Positions 52,660 through 64,000 of a stretch of DNA of 64,000 nt are shown here, one piece after another. Both the position numbers and the translations under genes were made by a program. The DNA comes from Octopus sinensis (lineage: Eukaryota). The notes under the pieces were generated by a model. The model was not told where the DNA came from, made no database searches, and was given only the letters and a program-made list of their open reading frames with translations. The stretch covers positions 20,708,001 to 20,772,000 of the forward strand of contig NC_043014.1 in assembly GCF_006345805.1 (NCBI RefSeq). The letters run 5' to 3'. Each line of letters begins with the position of its first letter. Position 1 is the first letter of the stretch.

Positions 52660-53320
52660 TTGAGACACTGGGGTACAAGTATACGAAGCCCAACATACCC
52701 ATCATGACTACCCTTCTGATAAGTGTAGACTAGCCACATGTATCAGAATATGTGCGTGACGTGGTGATCTCATATCAAGATAAACACTGCATAACCTTGC
52801 AGCTGAGGCCCAGTTAGAATTTTCTTCAGGTCGTACCGTCCATCCGACTCAAATGGCCCCTGAATAAGATTTATTTAAGGATGATGAATGAAACATTCAT
52901 GTTTCCAGATGCGAATTATTCAAACCTCAAAGAATTGGTGTTGTTGAAATTCCAGTGAAGGAACCTTGGATATAGAGGTTAGAAACCGGATTCTTTATGA
53001 GTAAGAAATCTTTAAATAAGACTAAATGATGACATACATACATACATACATACATACATACATACATACATACATACATACATACATGGCTTTGATGCTC
53101 CCCTACTACATCTGCTCGTGATTAGAGATGCACATATTGTCAGCCACTAAGGACATGTCCAACTAGTTAATGCCAAGCTACTGTCAGACAAATCTGTGGT
53201 ATTGAGCAAAATGTTTGCTGTAGCCCATCTTTTATACGAAGACAAAATATATACAGGATAATATTTTCAATCGGTTAAGGTGAGAAACCATGCGAGTCAG
53301 TGCCTGGTACTGCATCAGGG
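52660..53320 (-). mobile_element. Family C retroposon interrupted by the (ACAT)n-tailed element
   Basis: Collinear with 2575-3100 apart from the insert 52935-53086. Confidence 0.85.
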
Positions 53321-53323
53321 CTA

Positions 53324-53373
<50 letters not shown>

Positions 53374-53386
53374 GTTATTGTTGTCG

Positions 53387-53469
<83 letters not shown>

Positions 53470-53529
53470 GCTGCTGCTGTTGTTGTTGTCGTCGTTGTCG
53501 TCGTCATCATCATCATCATCATATGAAGG

Positions 53530-54160
53530 GAGTGAGGTGGCAGAATATTTAGCACTCCGTGAAAAATGCTTAGCAGCATTTTGTCCGTCTGCTCGTTCTA
53601 AGTTCAAATGCCACCGAGGTCGACTTTTCCTTTCATCCTTTCGCAGTCGATAAAATAAGTACCAGTTGAACGCTGGGATCAATGTAATCGACTTAACCCT
53701 ACCCCGCAATTGCTGGCCTTGTGCCAAAATTTTAAACCATTATTATTTTATTATTATTATTGTACAAGTACCTGTGTGTTCAACACTATTTTTTTTTCAA
53801 TTTTGGAAAAATTGAAGCATGCCTTTGGCAATTCCGAAGCGTATTGAACTTATTTTGTGCGTGTCTTTTAGCCCACTCTGTATGTGTACAAGCAAAGCCA
53901 ATGGAAATCACACCTTTTATAAATTTCCTTGCTTTCATTGAAATATATATGCATATTTTCATTTTATTCAAATTTTGGGACAATGCCAGAAATTTTGGGG
54001 GAGGAGGTAAATCGATCACATTAACCTCAGTGCTCAACTGGTACTTATTTTATCGACACCGAAAGAATCACAGGCAAAGTCGACTTCGGATGAGTTTGAA
54101 CTCAGAACTTAAAAACAGACGATATAGTGCAAAGCATTTTGATCGACAAGCTAACGATTT
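53530..54160. mobile_element. Convergent SINE A pair (53530-53740 plus, 53970-54160 minus)
   Basis: Family motifs on opposite strands. Confidence 0.8.
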
Positions 54161-54369
54161 TATCTACATATTCTTGAATTACTGTTTCATTAATTGTGAT
54201 AATCAGTTTAAAGTGATAATCAGATTAAACAGATTAAAGTGGTTGGAAAATTGGGTTTTAGATATCTTCTAGTGCTAGTAACAGAGTAATAAATTCTGGT
54301 CTAGCTGCAAGGTGATGTATCAGTCCATTGTACCGTTCAACTAGCAGGTGAGATTTTTATCATAAACTA

Positions 54370-54990
54370 TATGTACAATGACCTACGATACGTTTTTAGC
54401 CAAAGGAGTAAAACAATAATCATATTCAAAGTCTGAAGACTCAAAAAAATACCCAACCCAATATCTGAAAATTTGCTTCCTTTTGCAAGTTTCACAGCTT
54501 TTACACGGTCTTCCATCGTTTTGACTAAGTAAGCGACAATAGTTTGATCCATATCAATCCATGTTTTCAAAAGAGTGCATTTGAGGGCTGCCACGGACGT
54601 GACTTTGGCAGAATTAGCTTGAATTGGACAGTCAAAGTACTCCCAGGCAAGCTCGATGGGGTTCAAGTCGGGGCTTTGAGGTACCCACCTGAAGGTCTTG
54701 ATGCCATGCGTTTCTTTCCAGGCATTTCAAACTTTGCTCGTATGACATGGTGCTCTATCTTCTTGAAAAAGAGAAGTGTACTTATTCATTTTACCGGTAT
54801 CGTAAATCGGAAACCGTTCTTTTTCGAACATATCACAGTATTTCCGACCTTCCAACTGGTTTTCAACGAAATTAACTCAGATTTCCTCCTGCTCAGACAG
54901 CCACCCCACCCCATCCCATCATGTTTCACGGTAGTTTGCAAACACTCAACCTTCCAAGTTTCAGTTTTGTTCCTCCATGCATAGACTTGC
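54370..54990 (-). mobile_element. Tc1-like (DD34E) transposase relic
   Basis: FQEDRAPCH..SPDLNPIELAW (one stop, one frameshift); 34 residues from D to E after restoring frame; ..TMEDRVKAVKLAKG end. Confidence 0.85.
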
Positions 54991-55109
54991 CTTAAACTCT
55001 AATATTGGTAAAACTTACTTTCCAAATTAAGTACCAGTTAAACACTAGTCCCCGCCCACCAAATTTCAGGCATTGTGCCTTTAGTAGAAAGGATTATTAT
55101 TATTATCAT

Positions 55110-55325
55110 TGAAGGCGGCAGGACGGCAGACTCGTTAGCAAGTCGCACAAAATTCTTAGCGGCATTTCATCCGCCTTTTTGTTCTGAGTTCAAGTTCTGC
55201 CGAGGTCAACTTTACCTTTCATCCTTTTAGGGTCGACAAAATAAGTACTATTTGAACACTAGGGTCCATGTAGTCGACTTACGTCACGCCTCTGAAATTG
55301 CTGGCTTGTACCAAAATTTGAAATT
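55110..55325 (+). mobile_element. SINE A
   Basis: Family motifs. Confidence 0.8.
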
Positions 55326-55677
55326 ATTATTATTTATTCTCTTTTTTACTTTTCATTATATTTGATGTATTTTTCGTTTGTTTACTTATTCTATTCTCAA
55401 CCACAGCTTTTAATCTTTAGTTTTAATTTTCAATTTCAATTTTAAATATCTCTTTTTTAGTTCTACTATATTCCTTTTAATTGTTCACAATTCCCAGTTC
55501 TGGACTCAGTCTATTTCATTCTACTTTTTTGTTTACTCGCTTTCACAAAGTTCTTTTCGATTCAACTACTGCTTCTATTTTTTTCTCCATTAAGGTCAAC
55601 CAACATTATTTTTTTTTCTAAAGTAGTCACCTAGTCAGATTAAAAAGCATATTCATTGAACTGTATCCACTAAAGAC

Positions 55678-56530
55678 TACAAGGCCTGATCAATAAGTAT
55701 CCAGACTGTTGCCATAATAACGAAGCTAAAGCATGCAGAGAGAAGCCGCTTGGCAAAGATTGACTTTGACCTCTGCTGTGCATGGGCTCACTTCTGCTGT
55801 TTACAGCAATGCTTGGAAGGAACGAGTGTAACGTGTGATCGTCGCATTAACCATGACAGAAAGTTGTCATGGCAATACCTGCTCAGAGGGTTACACAAAG
55901 TTGCAGAAAGTGTGTGGAGAGGAGTGTATGAACCGCACACAAGTATGCGAGAGGTTTAGACGTTTCGAAGAGGGCCGAAAAATCTCGATAGTGACGAACG
56001 TTTTGGAAGACCCGCAACCAGCAGAACTGAGAAAAACATCGCAGATGTGCATGCAGCTGTGAGAGGAAATTGTCGAATCACCATCCGTGAGTTATCAGAG
56101 AATGTGCAGATTAGTTACGGTTCAGTTCAGTTCATTATCAATGAAGATTTGGGTATGATACGCGTGTCTGACAAGTTTGTGTCACAACTGCTTTCAGCTG
56201 TCCAAAAAGACACTCGGGTTTCAGTCGCACAAAATTTCCTTGATTGTGTCGGAAAACTTTGCGTAGGCCTCTGAGCAGGTATCACCAAGCTTTTAGCAAA
56301 ATTTGATGCAGATTCTCTGCTCAACTTTGTCATGGTCGATGCGAGGAACACACCCTACACACGTTACTTCCAAGCACTGCTGTAGACAGCGGAAGTGAGC
56401 TAGGACGTTAACACTTAGTGCGCATGAAGAGCAAAACTGCAGGTCAGTCTCTGCCAAATGGCTTTTTTTCTGCGTGCTTTAGCTTCGTTACTATGGCAGC
56501 AGACCGGATACTTATTGATCAGACCACGTA
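55678..56530 (+). mobile_element. Non-autonomous mariner with two left-end arms (MITE-like)
   Basis: TIRs TACAAGGCCTGATCAATAAGTATCC / GGATACTTATTGATCAGACCACGTA with TA ends; transposase N-terminus (..RTQVCERFRRFEEGR, RITIRELSE, EDLGMIRVSDKFV); 56260-56530 is an inverted copy of the left end. Confidence 0.85.
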
Positions 56531-56639
56531 TATTATATTAAATATACTCGTATAATTTAATTATTCCCTGATATCATAACTGTCTGATCAACGTTCTCGT
56601 GAAATACTAAGTAACAGTTTGTGAAGAATTTTTCTGCGC

Positions 56640-57060
56640 TAATAGAATTGTACGAACACACGAAGATTGATTGTTGGACACCCTGCGGGACAAAATATAA
56701 TACCCGTCAAAGGGCAGGAGAACTACTGTGTTGTCAACGGCCAATTCAAGAAGTCCCTTGTCGCGGTGAAGTGTCTGTATGCTCCATTGACCCAGAGAGC
56801 TGTGCTGGAGGGAGAGAAATCTTCAGGCAGGTCTCACCAGGCCAGACAAGTTGAAGGGTAGGAGAAAGACAAAACCTTAACGACAATAAATCGAAGCGTC
56901 GGCAGCAGGGCGTGGATATAGTTATATCGACAGGACCTAACAGATCAGATTCCTGGCTTTGAACTAGCAGGATGCCATGCAGAGGGTCTTGAATACAAAA
57001 CAATAGATGAGACCTTAATGAGCAGTGCCCTGTGACTCCAATAGTATGCACAACCAAAAC
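56640..57060 (+). mobile_element. Possible degenerate LINE APE endonuclease fragment
   Basis: Weak similarity only (VKCLYAPLT resembles S.YAP.T; GF..GCH..G). Confidence 0.3.
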
Positions 57061-57230
57061 CCCTATGAAATAGGGACATCCTATGGGAGGGCCTAGAAGA
57101 GATTAGATATTAGATTTGAATACATATATATATATAAATATATATATATATTATGTATATATATGTGTATATATATTATATGTATGTATGTATGCATGTA
57201 TGTGTATATATATGTGTGTATATATATATA

Positions 57231-57273
<43 letters not shown>

Positions 57274-57413
57274 AAAGGCTGTTAAGACTCTGTACAAATA
57301 AAACAAATTATGGTTAAAAAGTAAATAAAGTTGGAAAAGGCAGCGAAATATATTTTTTAGAGAATGTTTAATAATTTTGTTAAAGAGAGTGATTTAAAAT
57401 GTAATCGGTTTCG

Positions 57414-57510
<97 letters not shown>

Positions 57511-59139
57511 CGTATGTATGTATGTATGTATGTATGTATGTATGTATGTATGTATGTATGTATATATATGAAATTAGTGCTCAACATCGCATTTGGTAGA
57601 TAAATATATTCTTTGGTTGTGGATAAACAATGCAACCAATGCTTTCATACAAAAAAGTTTGCAATTTTTATGCGTTCCACTTAAGAATACTAGTAATTCG
57701 TCTCCATATTGGATAACTTCAAACGTTATCTGGGTATGGGGTGAGATATGATACACAGATAGCAGATGATAACTAATGTAGAGACTTTAATTGTTATTTC
57801 ACCTGCTTTGACCTCGAGTTGGTGTTTTAAAATTGGTAAATTGTCAGTGGATTTTGCATGAATTTGCAAAATTTTCACTATATGTATATATTCACACGTA
57901 TCCTTACATAAACGTATACAAGCTGTGTAATGCACCTGCACTTTAGTAGATGTATGAACATGGATGTGCTGATCATTTTGTGGTTTACGAAGTTTTTTAA
58001 AGCGCTTATAAGATCATGAAATGTGTTTTACTGCTCGTATGATGTCTCGTTTATATGTTATTTACATGCATGGCTTTGAATTCAAGCACGAACTCCTGAG
58101 ATCGAATAAAGAGAAGAAATAATTACAGAAAAAATATGGAAGGCACAATGGATGCAAAGTAATCACGGAATAAAAGCACAGTATAAAAGAGAGACTCATG
58201 AGGAGGAACGAATTCATCAAAACGACAAGGAAATTCCTCATAAGGAAAGCAGTGAAGAATATACAGAGGAGGGAGATTAAGGTTAACCGCTCATCGATAA
58301 TCAAACTAGTTAGCAGACAAAGTTACGAATTTGTATTAGCATGGAGTCTTGAAGGAGTTAAAATTACGCACCAACAATTAGATTCTAGATATAAACAACA
58401 TGCAGAATATAGACTTACAAGTAAACTAAAATAACGAAATAACGAGCTTAAGAGAAAATATACTCAAGATTTTGTTATTTTTCAATACTAAATGTCTCAA
58501 AATTACTTAGTGGTGTATTCAGTATCACTTGAATACATTTTGAAAAATTGTTAAGAAAATGGGATCATAGAGTACATATGGCAAACTAACCAGAAAATAT
58601 TTCATATTTCATTCTTTAAATTATACCTTTTTTAATTATCGTATTTTATTCTACTTTTTATTTATATCCCTGCAAATGAGCAAATACATACATCTGTATA
58701 TGCGTGTCTTTATGAATGTGTTTAGAAGTGTGTATGGGTAAATGTATACATGTATATAAGCATGTGCTCGAAGATATGTTTGCATGTATGCATATGCATG
58801 CATGTATGCATATGCATGCATAAATGTGTGAGTGCGTGTGTGCAGATGCATGTATAGATGTCTACGAGTTCGGATGTTTGTGCACCTTTAGAACTCTTAA
58901 TCCGTCCTTTCCGTATTAACAAAGTCCACGTTATCCTTTCCTTTTCTCTAAGCCATAGCAAGTTTCGTAGTTTTTTTTTATCTCCGGAGCCTTTTTGCTT
59001 AGTAAAGAAGATATTATTATTACAATTGTTGTTGTTGTTGATGATGATGATGTTATTATTATTAGTACTAGTAGCAGTAGTAGTAGTAGCAGTAATAGTA
59101 GTAGTAGCAGCAGCAGCAGCAGTAGTAGTAGCAGTAGCT

Positions 59140-59202
<63 letters not shown>

Positions 59203-59261
59203 TATAATTTCGGCTTGGACCTATAGTAGAATGGATTATTATTATTATTATTATTATTGTA

Positions 59262-59685
59262 TTATATGTTTGGTTTTTGCTTCTCACCCAGTGACCACAA
59301 AAGACAAGTTAAAGTTCAAGTTGGTGTTAATACTAGGGTGCCATACTTTTGGTTTTGCACAGAGTATTTTTCTAGAGAATGTCTGTCACAACATAATGAA
59401 CTTAGAAGTTTGTTTTAAAACTAATTTGGTGATAAGATGAAAATGTGATGTTAAGATGACAGTGAAAGGTGTTTGCTATTATGTACATTTAAATGTACTT
59501 TTGACAATGTTTACAGGTTAAAATGTTGACTCCAAGTCTCACCCAGAGACATCAAGAGACAAGTTAGAAGTCCAAGTCGGTATTATGACTAGGGTGCCAT
59601 ATTTTTCGTTTTTGCCCAGAGTATTGTTCAAGAAAATGTGTCAAAACATAAGAAAATTAAAAGTTTGTTTTAAAAGTAAATTGAT
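59262..59685 (-). mobile_element. Two tandem 3' UTR fragments of the 14436 Dong family
   Basis: CACCCAG.GAC..CAAGTTA.AAGT.CA.GT.GG..CTAGGGTGCCATA occurs twice and matches 14470-14580; microsatellites on both sides. Confidence 0.7.
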
Positions 59686-59706
59686 TATAAGATGATGATG
59701 ATGATG

Positions 59707-59742
<36 letters not shown>

Positions 59743-59764
59743 TAATAATAATAATAATAATAAG

Positions 59765-59833
<69 letters not shown>

Positions 59834-60022
59834 CGTATCATGCATTTACAAAAGCAAAAGCAAAGGGATACTGAAATATACTGCATAAACTAAAGACACA
59901 CTGATCTCAATTTGTTGCTGCAAGAAAAAAATTATTAAAGAGACTGATGAGGATGATTATAATTATAATTATAATGACGATGATAGATATGATACTGTTA
60001 ATGATGACAATTAACATTATTA

Positions 60023-60390
60023 TTATTACATTCGCCTTAGAGAAGGCGGAGGTATTGTTTCCAATCGTGTTTGTTTGTTAGTTTGTACGTGGGCAAGATA
60101 TCTCAAGAACCGCTGGGTAGATTCGAATAAAACTTTCAGGGATTTTTAGTCTCGTAACTGGCACGAACCGATTAGATTTTGGGATCGATCCAGAACCGGA
60201 CAAGGATTCGAATTATTTTTCTTGTTTTTTACTTAATTTTTGAGAGTGGTCGGCTTTATTTTTAATATTCTGGTTTGTGTGGGCAGTCGAGTATATTTCA
60301 GATATTCTTATTTTTAAAATAATCTCTAATTGTTGTGAGGATGTTGGTGTTGCCTTGGCGGAGGTTTGCGCTTTCTGAGTACACTTGTTA
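60023..60390 (+). mobile_element. Helentron-associated non-autonomous element (HINE/DINE-1-like)
   Basis: TTATTAC.TTCGCC..AAGGCGGAGG..(GTTT)n-like core..CCTTGGCGGAGGTTTGCGCTTTCTGAGT end. Confidence 0.65.
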
Positions 60391-60407
60391 TTATTAATGT
60401 CATTTGT

Positions 60408-61289
60408 TGTTATGGGAGAATCTTGTACACCTCCACGTGACTGAAAGTGGATTAACGGATTTCCATAAAATAAGAACTGTGTGAACTGTCAGCGGCAGTT
60501 GACAGTGTTGGTCAACCGTATCGGTTACTGTGTTAGTGCGACGTGTGTTGGTTAAATATCGTACCAATGTTCGAGTAGTACGGAGTGCGTTCTGCGATAG
60601 GTTATTTTAGATAACCACATCCAAATATTTAATTGGTTGATACTATTTTACATCCGACGTGTACATGCACGTCATAACATTTTTGGTGACGAGATTATTC
60701 GAAGCTCATGCTGGACAGATTGTTGTTTGAACATGGAATATTTACTGGCTTCGGTAATTGAATTACAGCAACAACAAGAGTTGCTGAAATTACAAAAACA
60801 GCAACAACAGCAGCAACAATGGCAGCAACAGTAACAGCAACAACAGCAACAACATTTGCTGAATTTTCAGAAGCAACAGCAACTGTTAGTACAACTAGTA
60901 CAGAAGAAAACAGAAAATGGGTCTGGTTCGTTCACTCTCCATCGTAGAGTTCACATATAACCCAGATGAGGGTACTACCTCTCCTGCTTACTTTAGAAAG
61001 TATGAGGAAATTTTTAAAGAAGAATGCTCTTACTGGCAAGACGAAAAAAGCCGGAGTTTTTTGAGAATGTTGGCACCAGCAAAGCATGAGACAATTGCAT
61101 CTTGTCAGTGTTTGGTTAGAGTGTTAGTGCGACGTGAGTTGGTTTAACATTCCACCTACGTTGGAGCAGTACGGAGTGCGTTCTATGTGAACATAATAAT
61201 TCTGCGATAGGTTATTTTAGATAACCACATCCAAATATTTAATTGGTTGATACTATTTTACACTCGACGTGTAGGCGCACGTTATAACA
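60408..61289 (+). mobile_element. Internally deleted Gypsy/Ty3 LTR retrotransposon: 5' LTR, PBS, gag N-terminus, partial 3' LTR
   Basis: LTR 60408-60679 (TGTTATG..CATAACA); PBS-like TGGTGACGAG 60684-60693; gag-like poly-Q and FTYNPDEGTT..YFRKYEEIF; homologous LTR part 61102-61289 ending TAACA. Confidence 0.8.
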
Positions 61290-61683
61290 GTTATTATTGT
61301 TGTTATTGTTGCTGCTGTTATTGTTGTTGTTGTTGTGTTTAGTAATAAGCATGACGGCAGTATCCAGATCGCCAAGAGGGAAATGCGCCATATTTAATCT
61401 ACTGTATCATTATTCTAAATCTCAGTTCACAACCACTGCAGCGAGTGCCAACATCGCCATCAGCATTACAATGGAGTACATTTTACCTCAAAGTCTCACG
61501 CTTTATGCTGTCATTCTTTCAATCTTCTTTTTCTATTTACTGCCTTCTCTTTGTCTTACTCGTTTCCTATTTACAGTTTCTGCATTTCTTCCTCTCACTC
61601 AATTCCTTAATGTTTTCTGCCCACCCATCTTCAATCACTATGTACATATGTTTGTGTGTGTCTGCTAGAGAGGTAGAAAGTAC

Positions 61684-61789
<106 letters not shown>

Positions 61790-62354
61790 AAAGAAGAAGG
61801 AAGGGGAGTGGGAGAAGAAGAAGAAGAAGAAGAAGAAGAAGAAGAAGAAGAAGAAGAAGAAGAAGAAGAAATAATGATAACAGCAATATCAGCTTGGATA
61901 TTTCACAGTTATTTTGAATACTGTAAGATAGTAGAAAGATTGTAGAAAACCATAAACAGATAATTTGCTATGAAAATGTCAAATATTTTTCATTTTACGT
62001 CAAGAATTGAATAATCTTAACCGTAGAACGAAATCAAAGACGTAATCTATCCATATTCGTCTGCTATTGTGCTATTGTGCTATTCAACAGAATTTAATAA
62101 GTTGTAATAAATCTTTATTTTCATATCAGAGAAAAACTCATATGAGGCGAGTTGAATTCATAGAACCAAAGAATAGTTCTATGAGTATAGAAACCACTCT
62201 ATTCAGCTGTGGGTTCTAAAAAGAAAAACATCAGTAATATAAACGCAAGCATAATTGTATATTTTTTTTAAATCGCTTAGTAACCATGTGATTTTGAGTT
62301 CGGTCCCACTGAACAGTAACTTGTACAAATGTCTTCTACTCTACCCTCAATTTG

Positions 62355-62830
62355 ATTAATGTCTAAAGTAAGGCGTCATCCCTATATAGACCCCTTGTTA
62401 ATTCCGGAAAAGAAGACTGGATTAATGAAAAGATATATATTTGGACTAGGTCAGTGACCTGAGCAGAATCATATGAGCCTATTGCTATATCAAATGCATT
62501 CTCCCTATCTAATCTACTCCATAATCTACCATCAAAATCTACTAGAGTGGCTTGTATAGTATCTATTTCGCGTCGGGACAAATCGGAATTTTTCATGCTA
62601 AAAATCAGGGCTTGATTAAGAACGATCAGATTAACGGGGGCATAATATCTAGTTGCAAGAATTTACTATCCTTACTAATTTCTAGAAGCTTAAACCATTC
62701 AACCACCTCAAGGGTATCGGTCCAGAGGACTAATCTAATTTTAGACTTAAGGACGGGTATTACCCTGTCAATGATTTTTTTACTAATAATCACTATATCG
62801 GTTCTAGAAAGACAAATCAATCGATAAGAA
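62355..62830 (-). mobile_element. Penelope-like element RT relic, Naiad/Chlamys-type motifs
   Basis: IISKKIIDR..WTDTLEVVEWF..KFLQLDI, then GSYDSAQVTDLV..GLYRDDALL (YRDD motif C). Confidence 0.75.
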
Positions 62831-63261
62831 AGTTAAGTTTATGGTCCTTAATCATAATCTGGGGTTTTCGAGGGACGTAGAATTGGGTTCTATCATTTAT
62901 TGCTAGATCTCTGACGATTTGTAGCCCTATATATTCCATCTTCCGTTATGTATTTGCCATATACATAACGATCTCTGTGAAAGTGACCGTGCTTTACTAG
63001 TATGCTACCAGGTGTAAATCATTCGTTTTATTATTCATATATATATATTTGAAAGTTTATGAGGAATATTTATTTCAGTTTTCGAATTGTAAAGGTGATT
63101 TTTTAAAAAGATGGTAGTAGGTTTGCAGCAGTGGTGATGAAGGTGATTGTCTAGATCGAATTTGTTGATGGTGATATATAGATATATATACACCAAGGCG
63201 GTGCCCCAGCATGGCCGCAGTTAAATGACGGAAACAGCTAAAAGAATAATACAATATATAT

Positions 63262-63761
63262 ATACATTGTCCACTTTGAACTTTTAAACCCAAACCAAAC
63301 GATAACAAAGGAGATCAACTGCGAGCAGCTTGAGCGGCTTAAGTCAGCGCTAGAAGAAAAATGACCATCTTTGGTTTCAAGACGAAATATGTTCTTCCAT
63401 CAGGATAATACTCGACCACATACAGCGAGAATGGCATTCCAAAGGCTGGAGCAGTTTGAATGGGAAATTATGACCCACCCACTATATTCGCCGGACATAG
63501 CCCCATCTGATTATCCTTTATTCAGCTGTCTTCAAAATCATATGGACGAAAAATATATGAATTCTGCAGACGGGGTCCGAACAGTACTGGAGGAGTATTT
63601 TTTGTCACGGACAAGTGAATTTTGGAAGAGGGGCCTTGAATGTCTACCATAAAGATGGAAGAGCATTGTTGAAAATGAAAGAGAGTATATTTTACATTAA
63701 AAAAGAACTTTGTTAATTTTCAAAAATAAAAATATAAAAAAACGCACTATTTATGGATGAC

Positions 63762-63767
<6 letters not shown>
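63262..63767 (+). mobile_element. Mariner (DD34D) 3' fragment with right TIR
   Basis: HQDNTRPH..YSPDIAPSDYPLF with 34 residues from D to D; RWKSIVEN; TIR ..TATTTATGGATGACCCAA followed by TA. Confidence 0.9.
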
Positions 63768-63828
<61 letters not shown>

Positions 63829-64000
63829 ATATATATATATATATACATGGCAGTTAAACAAACACAATTGATAAAATAGTACTTAACGTTAAAATAAGTA
63901 CTGGCGTCGATATTTTAGATTAAACCTATGAAGATTAATTGCTGATGTAATGAGAACCCCAGTATGATCACGATCTGTTAATTAGTATAAGACAAGGTGA

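Noticed and set aside
57590-57960. Possible hAT C-terminal relic on the minus strand (ALVALFIH)
   Set aside because: Similarity too weak to support

Overview
AT-rich, repeat-saturated eukaryotic DNA with no supportable host protein-coding exon, rRNA or true tRNA gene. The SINE families and microsatellite load resemble an Octopus (coleoid cephalopod) genome; this is inference from pattern recognition. The window is probably intronic or intergenic. Most predicted ORFs are microsatellite artefacts. Contents: four or five R4/Dong-clade LINE relics, all on the minus strand and embedded in (TAA)n; RTE and CR1 fragments; two Penelope-like (PLE) RT relics; many tRNA-derived SINEs; a Chapaev-like transposon; Tc1/mariner relics and a mariner MITE; a Helentron-type HINE; and a deleted Gypsy element. 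The main result is a set of non-coding elements carrying type I hammerhead ribozymes (HHR). These are a 2.5-copy tandem array of a 507-bp unit with two intact HHRs (25661-26925), a highly structured 353-bp HHR unit with 15-bp terminal redundancy (37314-37681), an intact HHR framed by 44-bp inverted repeats (13229-13600), a tRNA-headed SINE with a degenerate HHR (42341-42615), and further decayed HHRs. Together they suggest a retrozyme-like, non-autonomous PLE system. Several perfect fold-back hairpins are also present. All coordinates and alignments were read by eye.
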